A stretch of 38,676 nt of DNA from Synechococcus sp. (GTDB lineage: Bacteria > Cyanobacteriota > Cyanobacteriia > Thermostichales > PCC-7336). Position 1 is the first letter of the stretch. Every line of letters begins with the position of its first letter. A model generated the notes under the pieces. The model saw only the letters and a list, made by a program, of their open reading frames with translations. It was not told where the DNA came from and searched no databases. The stretch lies in contig JBFRWD010000051.1 in the NCBI GenBank assembly GCA_051439425.1, forward strand, positions 1 to 38,676, written 5' to 3'. The translations under genes were made by a program, and so were the position numbers. Below are positions 29,697 to 38,676 of this stretch, in pieces.

Positions 29697-31070
29697 ATGA
29701 CCACCGAGTCCACAACCCCACCTTCAAAATCCTTAGAACCGGCAGAACCGGCATCAGCCCGCAGTAGCTTCGATCCCATTCATCCCCCCGAACAAGACAA
29801 AATTGATGCCTGCGTCCACTGTGGTTTCTGTTTGAGCACCTGTCCTAGCTACCGAGTCCTGGGAACTGAAACCGATTCTCCCAGAGGGCGGATTTATCTG
29901 ATGGACGCTCTGGCCAACAATGAGATTGCGATGACTCCAGACGTTGTCCGACATTTTGATAGCTGTTTGGGATGTTTGGCCTGTGTCAGCACCTGTCCGT
30001 CTGGGGTTCAATACGACGAATTGATTGCCGATATGCGAGCTCAGGTGGCTCGCAACCATCCGAGATCCCTGACCGAGAACGCCCTGCGGTGGATGGTATT
30101 TAATCTGTTTCCCTATCCCAACCGCCTTAGGCCATTATTACGGCCGCTTCAGTTAGCGCAAGCTCTTGGGGTGACCTCTGTGTTGCGTCGCTCAGGTTTA
30201 CTCAAGCGTTTATCTCCGCAACTTGCCAGTATGGAAGCGATCTTGCCGTCCATACCTGGTAGTGCATTTAGCCGCACCTTGCCCACTGTGATTCCAGCCA
30301 AAGGGGAACGGCGGTTCAGGGTGGGGATGATTTTAGGGTGCGTACAGCAAGTTCTCTTCGATGATGTCAACCAAGCAACAGCGCGAGTGTTGAGTGCGAA
30401 TGGCTGTGAAGTGGTTATTCCTCCAGACCAAGGATGTTGTGCAGCACTCCCTTATCATCAGGGAGAAGAGGCCCAGGCGGCTGAACTCGCCCGCCAAACG
30501 ATCGACAGATTTGCCGGGGAAAACCTAGACGCGGTGGTGATTAACGCAGCCGGTTGCGGACACACCCTGAAAGAATACGGTCGGATTTTGCGGGACGACC
30601 CTGACTACGCCCTCAAGGCAGAGCAGTTTTCTAATAACGTCAAAGACATCCAGGAATTTCTGGCAGAGGTGGGACTGACAGCAGACTTATCACCACTTCA
30701 CAGTGAACCTCTGACATTGGTCTATCAAGATGCCTGCCATCTATTGCATGGGCAGCAGATCTCTGTCCAGCCCCGCCAATTGCTTCAAGGTATACCCAAG
30801 GTATTTTTGCGAGATCCCGTTGATGCCTCCCTCTGCTGCGGCAGTGCCGGCGTATTCAATATCCTTCAGCCCGATATCGCAGAAGAACTGGGGCGCCAAA
30901 AAGTTCGGAATTTGCTGGCAACTGGTGCCGTCGCGATCGCATCAGCCAACCCTGGTTGTGCCCTTCAAATTCAAAAACATTTAGAAGAAGACGGGCAAAC
31001 TGTACCGGTTTACCATCCTATTCAATTACTCGACTGGTCAATCCACGGGCAACCGATTCCAATGCCGTAA
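29697..31070 (+). CDS. glcF: Glycolate oxidase iron-sulfur subunit
   Basis: CVHCGFCLSTCP and CLGCLACVSTCP ferredoxin motifs; CCG domains (GCCAAL, DACHLLHGQ, CCGSAG, ANPGC). Confidence 0.92.
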   Translation: MTTESTTPPSKSLEPAEPASARSSFDPIHPPEQDKIDACVHCGFCLSTCPSYRVLGTETDSPRGRIYLMDALANNEIAMTPDVVRHFDSCLGCLACVSTCPSGVQYDELIADMRAQVARNHPRSLTENALRWMVFNLFPYPNRLRPLLRPLQLAQALGVTSVLRRSGLLKRLSPQLASMEAILPSIPGSAFSRTLPTVIPAKGERRFRVGMILGCVQQVLFDDVNQATARVLSANGCEVVIPPDQGCCAALPYHQGEEAQAAELARQTIDRFAGENLDAVVINAAGCGHTLKEYGRILRDDPDYALKAEQFSNNVKDIQEFLAEVGLTADLSPLHSEPLTLVYQDACHLLHGQQISVQPRQLLQGIPKVFLRDPVDASLCCGSAGVFNILQPDIAEELGRQKVRNLLATGAVAIASANPGCALQIQKHLEEDGQTVPVYHPIQLLDWSIHGQPIPMP

Positions 31071-31196
31071 ATCACGCTTCCAGCAAAACCTTGAGTGAAG
31101 TGTCGCATAGTAGAAATCACGATTAAAGAAAGCATACAACTTAGGCGAGTTACGCACAATCGAGATGAAGCAAGAGATTAATCATATTGATCGATC

Positions 31197-31433
31197 CTAC
31201 CCAAAATCCCCTTTTCGATATCGGGGATCGCCTTCTATGAAAGAGATACAGCGATCCCCAAACTTGAAGACAATATTAAGTAGGAGGCGATCTAGGCCAT
31301 CTGGATTCACAATAACGTTCAGGGAAAAACAGACGGTGTTTTGGCCTGCGACGTCTTTCCCTTTCAATCGGTAGTATGGATAACTTCTTTTTTCGGTGAA
31401 AGATGTATCTTCATAAATAGTTGTTTGATTCAT
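31197..31433 (-). CDS. Small hypothetical protein or gene remnant
   Basis: 78-aa ATG ORF, AT-rich, at the island edge; no motif recognised. Confidence 0.3.
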   Translation of the reverse strand: MNQTTIYEDTSFTEKRSYPYYRLKGKDVAGQNTVCFSLNVIVNPDGLDRLLLNIVFKFGDRCISFIEGDPRYRKGDFG

Positions 31434-31739
31434 GCCTACAATTCGAGTTCTCTCCTCTGGCGTTAGGTTTACGTTTTAGGCGTCCCGTTTTTGTGAAGCT
31501 CGTCACCTCAGATTCACACTTTCAATACAGATTTAGTTCATTTTGGCGGTTGTGCTCGTCTTTACTCCTTTTCAATAAACTTCATCTATAGAGATGGAAT
31601 TCGACTGAGTCACCGAGCTCCAGCTCAGTAGGCAATTTGATGTACGTTTTTAGGCAGGTTTTTGTATAGATATATTCTGCTTATTGCCTGTTTTGCTTGT
31701 TCCTTCTACCTATTCACCCCTTGCTTAGGAATAACACCT

Positions 31740-32021
31740 ATGGAATCCCCTCGCGCTCTTTCAACATTGATGTCCGGTACTGCAGCCGATCTGCAGAAAG
31801 CGGCCTATTCTTACCGATACCAAAGCTTTACGAGCCAGCCTATTGTGTGGGTTGGAACATGGGGCGATCGCTCCGTGGAAGGCTCTCTGTCTGAATGTTT
31901 GGATTATTTGGGAATCTACGGATCGGCGCGTGATTTCCATATGCGAGAAGCCCACCGTACCGGTCAAACGGGGGGAGATTTGTGGCGAGTTCAGCGTCTG
32001 CAGAGCCGAGTTGCTTGTTAA
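31740..32021 (+). CDS. Small hypothetical protein (93 aa)
   Basis: ATG 31740 after an AGGA RBS, host-like GC content with a HIP1 site, followed by a hairpin at 32096-32129. Confidence 0.45.
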   Translation: MESPRALSTLMSGTAADLQKAAYSYRYQSFTSQPIVWVGTWGDRSVEGSLSECLDYLGIYGSARDFHMREAHRTGQTGGDLWRVQRLQSRVAC

Positions 32022-32249
32022 ACGAGCTCCGCCAATCAAGCCATTACCCACATTAGGGGGCTGTTCCACTAGTCCAGAATAGATATAGACATAAACTCTA
32101 GGGGCATGCAGTTCAGTATGGCCCTAGAGCTTATGTCTGCGCGTTCTGTAAGTCGGCGTTGCGCATTAAGGGGCTGATGGAGTAGGAAGGTCGTGATACC
32201 GAAGATAGTGCAGCAGCAATCGAATCGAGTATTTGAGCATAACTAAATC

Positions 32250-32848
32250 GAGGTAAGCCCCCGGCTCTGCCGGGGAGACTCCCAAAGGTTTGACCGTGTG
32301 AAGCAGTAGCAGAAAAATTCTCCTTGAACTTCTCAAGCAAGGAGAAATTCTAATGAATGTCAAAAAGCTAAATCACACAAGTTGGAATTGCAAGTATCAC
32401 ATCGTATTCATCCCTAAGCGTCGTAAGAAAGTAATCTTTGGCCAGTTGCGCAGTCATTTGGACGAGATGTTTCACGAGCTGGCGCGGCAGAAAGAGTGTC
32501 AGACAGCAGAAGGCCATTTAATGCCCGACCATGTGCACATGTGCATGAGTATTCCTCCGAAACATGCAGTGTCTCAGATAGTGGGATACATGAAGGGCAA
32601 AAGCGCGATAGGAATCGCCAGGGAATTCATGGGTCGTCGTCGAAACTTTAGCAGTGAGAGCTTCTGGGCTCGTGGCTACTGCGTGTCGACGGTGGGATTG
32701 GAGGAGGAAGTGGTCAGAGCATGTATTCGTCGCCAGGAAAAAGAGGAAGAACGACTGGAGTAATTGAGATTACCGACAATCTAAGAGAGGACTGCCCCTT
32801 GGGGGCTAAGCCTACTAAGCCTCCGGCTCTGCCGGAGGTAACTTAACT
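32250..32848 (+). mobile_element. IS200-group element (IS200/IS605 family, tnpA only)
   Basis: Subterminal hairpins CCCCGGC-TCT-GCCGGGG (32259-32275) and CCTCCGGC-TCT-GCCGGAGG (32820-32838) flank tnpA; exact ends are approximate. Confidence 0.9.
32353..32763 (+). CDS. tnpA: Y1 (HUH) transposase TnpA, probably inactive
   Basis: CKYHIVFIPKRR, DHVH, KGKS, FWARGY.VSTVG; the expected catalytic Tyr position reads Cys (RACIRRQ). Confidence 0.9.
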   Translation: MNVKKLNHTSWNCKYHIVFIPKRRKKVIFGQLRSHLDEMFHELARQKECQTAEGHLMPDHVHMCMSIPPKHAVSQIVGYMKGKSAIGIAREFMGRRRNFSSESFWARGYCVSTVGLEEEVVRACIRRQEKEEERLE

Positions 32849-32930
32849 GATGACACACCCTAGTGGATTTACATAAAAAATCACTAGGAATGTGTTAGTA
32901 TTTATACGCTAAGTTGAGGGGATTAGCTTT
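32842..32930 (+). repeat. Copy 1 of an 89-bp IS5-end + promoter/RBS module
   Basis: First 41 bp identical to 34228-34268; next 48 bp match 33/48 with 34269-34316. Confidence 0.9.
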
Positions 32931-33731
32931 ATGAAAGTAGCTATATTAGCTGGAGGGTTCGGAACTCGTCTTTCTGAAGAGACACATTCGAAGCCTAAGC
33001 CAATGGTAGAAATTGGTGGTAAGCCCATTCTGTGGCACATCATGAAAGGCTACTCTTCTTCCGGCTTTGATGAGTTTATAATTGCCTTAGGATATAAAGG
33101 CGAAATTATCAAGAAATACATGATGGATTATTGTGTATTAAATGGTAATTTCACGGTTAATCTACTTGATGGAAAAGTCCAGAAGCATCCTGGAGGAAGT
33201 AGACAAGAATGGACAGTAGATTTGATTGATACGGGACTGAGCACAAACACTGGAGGCAGGATTAAACGACTGGCACCGTACCTAGGGGAAGAAACCTTTA
33301 TGCTTACTTGGGGAGACGGAGTAAGTAATATTGATGTAAGAAAGTTACTGGAGTTTCATCGTTCCCACGGTAAACTTGCAACTCTCACAGCAGTTCATCC
33401 TACAGCCCGTTTTGGTCATTTGGAACTAGATGGCGATCAAATTGTGGAATTTTCAGAAAAGCCCCAAACAAAGGAGGGATGGATAAATGGTGCATTTTTT
33501 GTTTTAGAGCCGAAAGTTTTTGATTACATTGATGGAGATAAGACGCAGTGGGAAAAAGAGCCTCTAGAGTCATTAGCCAGAGACGGACAGTTAATGGCAT
33601 ACAAATATAATGGCTTCTGGCAATGTATGGATACTCTCCGAGATAAACGTCGTTTGGAGACCCTTTGGTCTGAAGGCAAGGCACCCTGGAAGACATGGGA
33701 CGACGAAGTAGTCTCGCCAAGAGAGTACTAG
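32931..33731 (+). CDS. rfbF: Glucose-1-phosphate cytidylyltransferase
   Basis: ILAGGFGTRLSEET..KPKPMVEIGGKPILWHIMK, TGGRIKR, GFWQCMDTLRDK, APWK. Confidence 0.95.
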   Translation: MKVAILAGGFGTRLSEETHSKPKPMVEIGGKPILWHIMKGYSSSGFDEFIIALGYKGEIIKKYMMDYCVLNGNFTVNLLDGKVQKHPGGSRQEWTVDLIDTGLSTNTGGRIKRLAPYLGEETFMLTWGDGVSNIDVRKLLEFHRSHGKLATLTAVHPTARFGHLELDGDQIVEFSEKPQTKEGWINGAFFVLEPKVFDYIDGDKTQWEKEPLESLARDGQLMAYKYNGFWQCMDTLRDKRRLETLWSEGKAPWKTWDDEVVSPREY

Positions 33732-34249
33732 GGCGTGTCATCAGTTAGCGAGATGTGGGATAAAAAGCCTAAACCGAGGCGTAAGAAGCGTCGCTATTGG
33801 CTGCAAGACGATCGGTAGGAACAGATAAAAGACTTTCTACCCGGCAGCGACGGACATGTGGGTGGCGATGCCTTGGAAAACCCGACAGGTTTTCACCTCA
33901 CTGCTGGGCAATGTCATAGATTTACGGGGCTCTAATGTCTTGCTAGAGAAACTGTATGACGAGGTGGAGGCGGTGCATGGGGACAAAGCCTACGATGCTA
34001 ATGAGCGTGTCCGTCAGCAATTGAAAGCAAAGGGATGTGTTGCGGTGATTCCACCCAAGTCCAATCGCAAATCTCCCCACTCTTATGACCAGCATCTCTA
34101 CAAAGCTCGTCATTCGATCGAGAACTTTTTTGCCAAGCTCAAGCAGTACCGAGCCGTGGCCACTAGCTACGACAAAACCGATAGAAACTTCCTGGGCGCT
34201 ATCTATCTGGCTGCTTCTGTTCTCTGGCTTAACTGATGACACACCCTAG
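33728..34249 (+). mobile_element. Internally deleted IS5-family element (transposase pseudogene)
   Basis: Ends CTAGGGCGTGTCATCAGTTA and TAACTGATGACACACCCTAG are 19/20 complementary. N-terminal remnant RRYWLQDDR*EQIKDFLPG..GHVGG is joined directly to DALENPTGFHLT, then a frameshift, then GDKAYD..IPPKSNR..YKARHSIENFFAKLKQYR..WLN*. Confidence 0.9.
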
Positions 34250-34316
34250 TGGATTTACATAAAAAATCGCCAGAGTTGTGTTATGATTTATACGACAATC
34301 CGAGGGGTAGAGCTTT
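34228..34316 (+). repeat. Copy 2 of the 89-bp IS5-end + promoter/RBS module
   Basis: See copy 1; contains TGtTATGAT (extended -10) and a GAGGGG RBS. Confidence 0.9.
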
Positions 34317-34493
34317 GTATGCCCCAATCAAGTTAATGCATGGAGTTCCGGAGAGTCCTCTGTCCGTGATTCTGAGAACTAATCGGTTATCTGAATTTAT
34401 ATTTTATGTGGAAATATACCATCAAAAAATAAGCAAAGCTTTTGACCTAACTGAAATGCACATTAGCAAAAAAAATGAGGCGAGGATATTTAC

Positions 34494-35540
34494 ATGAGAG
34501 TACTTGTGACTGGGCATAAAGGATACATTGGAACAGTACTAGTGCCCATGCTAAAAGCTAGAGGACATGAAGTAATTGGATATGATAGTGACCTTTATAG
34601 AGACAGTACTTTTGGTGAAGGCTTAGTTGAAGTCCCTGAAATCATAAAAGATATTCGGGAGGTAGAAACCAAAGATTTAGAAGGAGTTGAGGCCGTATTA
34701 CACTTGGCTGGATTATCAAACGATCCTTTAGGCAATCTTAACCCCAAGCTGACATATGAAATTAACCACAAAGCATCGGTGAGATTGGCAGAACTAAGCA
34801 AGAAAGTTGGTGTCAGCCGCTTTATCTTTTCATCCTCATGCAGTAATTATGGCGCTGGAGGTACGAGCTGGTTGACAGAGCAGTCAGAATTTAATCCAGT
34901 TACTCCTTATGGAATTTCGAAAGTAAAGGTTGAGCAAGATGTTTCTCAGCTGGCTGACGATAACTTTTCGCCTACTTTTCTACGTAATGCCACAGCGTAC
35001 GGAGTATCTCCCAGACTAAGATTCGATCTAGTACTGAATAATCTTGTGGCTTGGGCGTTTACTACTGGCAGGGTATTTATTAAAAGTGACGGCACGCCAT
35101 GGAGGCCCATAGTTCATATAGAAGATATTTCTCGTGCCTTTGTCGCCGTTATGGAAGCGCCCAGAGAGATGGTACATAACGAGGCATTTAACGTCGGACG
35201 CAATGAGGATAATTATCAAGTCCGTGATATTGCAGACATTGTAAAAGAGACTGTACCCGGGTGCCGGATTGAGTATGCCGAAGGTGCAGAGCCAGATACT
35301 CGTTGTTATCGGGTCGACTGTAGTTATATCGGCAAACAATTAAAAGATTTTCAGCCTCAGTGGGATGCGAGAAAAGGAGCAAAGCAGCTCTACCAGGCAT
35401 ATCAGAAAGTAGGCTTAACTCTTGAGGAATTTGAAGGACCAAAGTATCAACGTATTGCCCATATACGAAAACTAATAGCGGAAGGAGCCCTAGATGAAGA
35501 GCTACGTTTTAGTACCACGATTCTAGAATCTGTAAACTAA
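34494..35540 (+). CDS. NAD-dependent nucleotide-sugar epimerase/dehydratase (extended SDR)
   Basis: [25 protein letters not shown] and catalytic YGISK. Confidence 0.92.
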   Translation: MRVLVTGHKGYIGTVLVPMLKARGHEVIGYDSDLYRDSTFGEGLVEVPEIIKDIREVETKDLEGVEAVLHLAGLSNDPLGNLNPKLTYEINHKASVRLAELSKKVGVSRFIFSSSCSNYGAGGTSWLTEQSEFNPVTPYGISKVKVEQDVSQLADDNFSPTFLRNATAYGVSPRLRFDLVLNNLVAWAFTTGRVFIKSDGTPWRPIVHIEDISRAFVAVMEAPREMVHNEAFNVGRNEDNYQVRDIADIVKETVPGCRIEYAEGAEPDTRCYRVDCSYIGKQLKDFQPQWDARKGAKQLYQAYQKVGLTLEEFEGPKYQRIAHIRKLIAEGALDEELRFSTTILESVN

Positions 35541-35556
35541 TTTGAGTGGCTTCGCT

Positions 35557-36786
35557 ATGACACAAGCTATCCCGGTCTGTCGTTCTTGCGGTAATTCTGA
35601 GAGGGAAAAAATAATTGACTTTGGGTATACTCCGTTAGCAGATAGGCTGTTAACAGTAGAGCAATTGCAAGCTTCGGAGTATACAGCTCCTCTAAAGTTA
35701 GTGTTCTGTCCAAGTTGTGGTTTAGTGGAGATTACTGAGTCAGTTTCTCCAGAAATTCTTTTTTATGATGATTACCCATATTTTTCATCCGTGTCACCAT
35801 CCCTTGTGAAATACTTTGGGGATAGTGCTAAAGAGATTATAGGAAATCAGAAACTGACTGAAGAGAGCTTAGTGATTGAAGCTGCATCCAATGATGGTTA
35901 CATGCTGCGAAATTTTTTGGATGCTGGAATTAATGTTTTGGGAATCGATCCCGCAAAGAGACCTGCAGAAGTAGCTAATAACGCAGGCATCCAGACCTTA
36001 TGTACATTCTTTGGCAAGACATTAGCTCTCCAGCTTAAGAGAGAAGGTAAAGAAGCTGATGTGTTTCTTGCCAATAATGTACTGGCTCACGTTCCAGACT
36101 TAAATGGATTTGTGGCAGGGATTGAGATTTTGCTCAAAGAAAAAGGCCTCGCGGTCATTGAAGTTCCCTATGTCGTAGATTTAGTGGACAAATGTGAGTT
36201 TGATACGATTTACCACCAACATCTATGTTATTTTTCCGTAACAGCTCTAGATAAACTGTTTAGAAGGCATCATCTATATCTCAATGATGTAGTGCGGACA
36301 AGGATTCATGGTGGTTCCTTACGTTTGTTTGTTCAAAGATATGAAAACGTCAATGAATCAGTGAAGTCTTTATTGCTGATGGAGCGCGAACGTAAAGTAG
36401 ATCGAATAGATTATTACCAAGAATTTGGAGGTCGTATATCTTCTATCAAGCAAAAATTGATGGATATTCTTTTAGATCTGAAAAGGCAGGGAAAGAGGGT
36501 TGTCGGTTACGGTGCTGCAGCCAAAGCAACTACGCTATTATCCTACTTTGGCATAAATAAAACGTATTTAGACTATGTAGCTGATTTAAATCAGTTTAAA
36601 CAAGGACGTTTTATGAGTGTCAACCACTTACCGATTGTTTCGCCAACTAGAATCGCTGAAGACATGCCTGATTATGTTTTGATTCTGGCTTGGAATTTTG
36701 CTGATGAAATCATGGAACAACTGGACGAATATCGTCAAAATAATGGAAAATTTATTATTCCCATTCCAGAACCTAAGATTGTATGA
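35557..36786 (+). CDS. NDP-sugar C-methyltransferase (Zn-binding, class I SAM)
   Basis: CRSC..CPSC Zn motif, [40 protein letters not shown]. Confidence 0.9.
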   Translation: MTQAIPVCRSCGNSEREKIIDFGYTPLADRLLTVEQLQASEYTAPLKLVFCPSCGLVEITESVSPEILFYDDYPYFSSVSPSLVKYFGDSAKEIIGNQKLTEESLVIEAASNDGYMLRNFLDAGINVLGIDPAKRPAEVANNAGIQTLCTFFGKTLALQLKREGKEADVFLANNVLAHVPDLNGFVAGIEILLKEKGLAVIEVPYVVDLVDKCEFDTIYHQHLCYFSVTALDKLFRRHHLYLNDVVRTRIHGGSLRLFVQRYENVNESVKSLLLMERERKVDRIDYYQEFGGRISSIKQKLMDILLDLKRQGKRVVGYGAAAKATTLLSYFGINKTYLDYVADLNQFKQGRFMSVNHLPIVSPTRIAEDMPDYVLILAWNFADEIMEQLDEYRQNNGKFIIPIPEPKIV

Positions 36787-37006
36787 GCTTTATTGTTTTC
36801 AAAGTGGCCTACCTAACTCCCTTCGGAACTTCTACTCCGTAACTATAGCAATATAGTTCCTTCGATTCAACAATATATTGCCTCAACTGTGCTTGAAATA
36901 GATATTCCTTCTTTATCTTAGTTTGAAGTGTCGATGCTTGATTGTCTACAAATAGTTTGGCTGTTCTTGCCAACCTGCTATCTTTATTGAAAGAAAGGAA
37001 TTTCTC

Positions 37007-38230
37007 ATGAATCAAGAACCTTATACGGCTCTGGGCAAAAAAAAGACTGCGTCATTAGAAGACAGCATTTGCCCCAATTGTGGACATAAAGGTTTGGACG
37101 CATTTTATGAAGTAAGGAATGTACCTGTTCATAGCTGTTTAATGATGGAGAATCAAGAGAAAGCTCTTCATTTTCCATCTGATGATGTTATATTAGCTTA
37201 CTGCGATCGTTGTGGTTTTATTACCAATACTGAATTTGATTCTAAATGGTCAGCTTATTCTCCGCATTATGAGGATCAGCAAAGTTTTTCTCCTACGTTC
37301 AATAAATTTTCGCTTGACCTCGCAAATCATTTAATTGAAAAATTCGATCTGCGCAACAAAAATATATTGGAGATTGGCTGTAGTAAAGGAGACTTTTTAT
37401 TTTTAATGTGTGAATTGGGGAATAATCATGGTGTCGGTATCGACCCAAGTGTTATCCCTGGCAGAGTCAAGAGTGAAGCCAATGAACGTGTTACATTTAT
37501 TCAAGATTACTATGGTGAACAACATGCAAAGTATGTGGGGGATTTTATATGTTGTCGCCACACTCTAGAGCATATACAACCCACTTCTGAGTTCATCAGT
37601 ATGCTTCGTCGTTCCATTGGCGATCGACACGTTCCAGTATTTTTCGAGATTCCCGATAATACGCGTGTTTTGCAGGATTTAGCTTTCGAAGATATTTACT
37701 ACGAGCATTGCTCCTACTTTACTCCGGGTTCTCTTGCTCGTTTGTTCCGTGAATCTGGCTTTGAGGTTACCAATCTATATCGAGATTATGGCGGTCAGTA
37801 TCTATTTATTGAAGCTCTCCCTGCCAAAACACTTTCAGAGAAAGTACATCCATTGGAAGAGACAATGTTACAAATGGCTGATTATGTCAACCATTTTAAA
37901 AGTAACATTTCTGAAAAGCTAGATAGATGGAAGAATTCTTTAGAAGAGATGCATGCTGATAATCAAAAAGTCGTAGTGTGGGGGTCTGGGTCAAAATGTG
38001 TAGCTTTCCTCACTACTCTCGATACTATAGATAAAATCCAGTTTGTCATCGATATTAATCCTCATCGCCATGGCAAGTATATTCCTGGAGTTGGTAAACA
38101 GATTATGCCTCCCGAATTTTTGAAGGAATATCAACCAGATCGAGTTATCCTTATGAATTCTATCTACTTTGATGAGGTCAACGAAATGATTGAGGAAATG
38201 GGAGTTACTACAGAAATAATTTCACTTTAA
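37007..38230 (+). CDS. Second NDP-sugar C-methyltransferase-like protein
   Basis: CPNC..CDRC, LEIGCSKG, RHTLEHI, YYEHCSYF, VWGSGSK, DINP. Confidence 0.88.
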   Translation: MNQEPYTALGKKKTASLEDSICPNCGHKGLDAFYEVRNVPVHSCLMMENQEKALHFPSDDVILAYCDRCGFITNTEFDSKWSAYSPHYEDQQSFSPTFNKFSLDLANHLIEKFDLRNKNILEIGCSKGDFLFLMCELGNNHGVGIDPSVIPGRVKSEANERVTFIQDYYGEQHAKYVGDFICCRHTLEHIQPTSEFISMLRRSIGDRHVPVFFEIPDNTRVLQDLAFEDIYYEHCSYFTPGSLARLFRESGFEVTNLYRDYGGQYLFIEALPAKTLSEKVHPLEETMLQMADYVNHFKSNISEKLDRWKNSLEEMHADNQKVVVWGSGSKCVAFLTTLDTIDKIQFVIDINPHRHGKYIPGVGKQIMPPEFLKEYQPDRVILMNSIYFDEVNEMIEEMGVTTEIISL

Positions 38231-38248
38231 TCTATATACCATTGGATA

Positions 38249-38269
38249 TAAGTAGCCTGCTTAAATTAA
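38249..38269 (+). mobile_element. Probable IS630-type terminal sequence
   Basis: TAAGTAGCCTGCTTAAATTAA resembles cyanobacterial IS630 ends (TA-AGTAG..AATTAA); an IS630 coding remnant follows downstream. Confidence 0.45.
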
Positions 38270-38308
38270 CCGCAACATAGAAATCTGTCAGCCCTTACAA
38301 GGCCTCAG

Positions 38309-38546
38309 CTCGACTTTATCCAGTTAAGCAGCATAGATGAGTGCGTCAGTCATGCGGTCTAGCAAAGAGCGAGAAACTTTTACCATCTCAGGTGAATCAT
38401 GAAACATGGAAAAAGTGGCAAGCCAAAGCGCAGAGCGGACCCAAGCCATTGCATCTGCAAAGGTGGGTAAAGACTTGGAATACCATGCTGCCTGTCGAAC
38501 CTTGAGCTGAGATTGCCGCTGCAGTTGATGGGCCATCAGAGTGACC
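38309..38546 (-). pseudogene. C-terminal remnant and end of an IS701-like DDE transposase
   Basis: VTLMAHQL..VRQAAWYSKSLPTFADAMAWVR..LW..LIYAA* followed by AAAGTCGAG; upstream part missing. Confidence 0.75.
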
Positions 38547-38676
38547 ATTCATCGTTGGGAAATCCAGGGTCTGAGAGGACTGTGGGAGGCCCCCGGTCGA
38601 GGTCGTCCCCAACGCTGGAGTGAAGCCGACCTAGCGTTTATCGAGACCTGTTTGGATGAGGAGCCTCGCACCTACA
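38544..38676 (+). pseudogene. IS630-family transposase fragment (HTH region), runs off window
   Basis: TIHRWEIQGLRGLWEAPGRGRPQRWSEADLAFIETCLDEEPRTY resembles the N-terminal region of cyanobacterial IS630 transposases; no start codon. Not in the ORF track. Confidence 0.75.

Noticed and set aside
28308..31070. glcE-glcF without glcD, and sqdX without sqdB
   Set aside because: Split arrangements of these genes are ordinary in cyanobacteria.
32842..34316. CRISPR array or integron attC explanation for the repeated module
   Set aside because: Only two copies 1.4 kb apart, no spacers, cas or integrase gene, and no RYYYAAC/GTTRRRY attC stem.
34249..34497. 82-aa ORF between IS5 and the epimerase
   Set aside because: It starts inside the repeat/promoter module and has no recognisable protein features.

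Overview
Cyanobacterial chromosomal segment, judged from abundant HIP1 GCGATCGC octamers and genes such as sqdX, clpS, DUF751-rbfA and an NblB-like HEAT protein. The core (about 1.4-31 kb) carries a PhnCDE-like/putative selenate ABC transporter, an NfeD-flotillin-flotillin operon, sqdX, clpS, hisB, an atypical cytochrome P450, a WD40 protein, GST, trpS, a GT2, rbfA, rimM, pnp, tRNA-Gly(TCC), rplS and glcEF. Both ends are AT-rich, HIP1-poor, IS-scarred islands: an IS4 end plus a PRTase-HAD fusion on the left; a probably dead IS200, rfbF, an internally deleted IS5, an SDR epimerase, two sugar C-methyltransferases and nested IS630/IS701 remnants on the right. The most notable unexplained structures are (i) a ~150-nt structured leader with a terminator and an alternative pairing directly upstream of the tRNA-Gly, (ii) an 89-bp promoter/RBS module repeated before successive sugar genes, both copies abutting an IS5 end, and (iii) the PRTase-HAD fusion. 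All family assignments come from motif recognition by eye; no database search was run.
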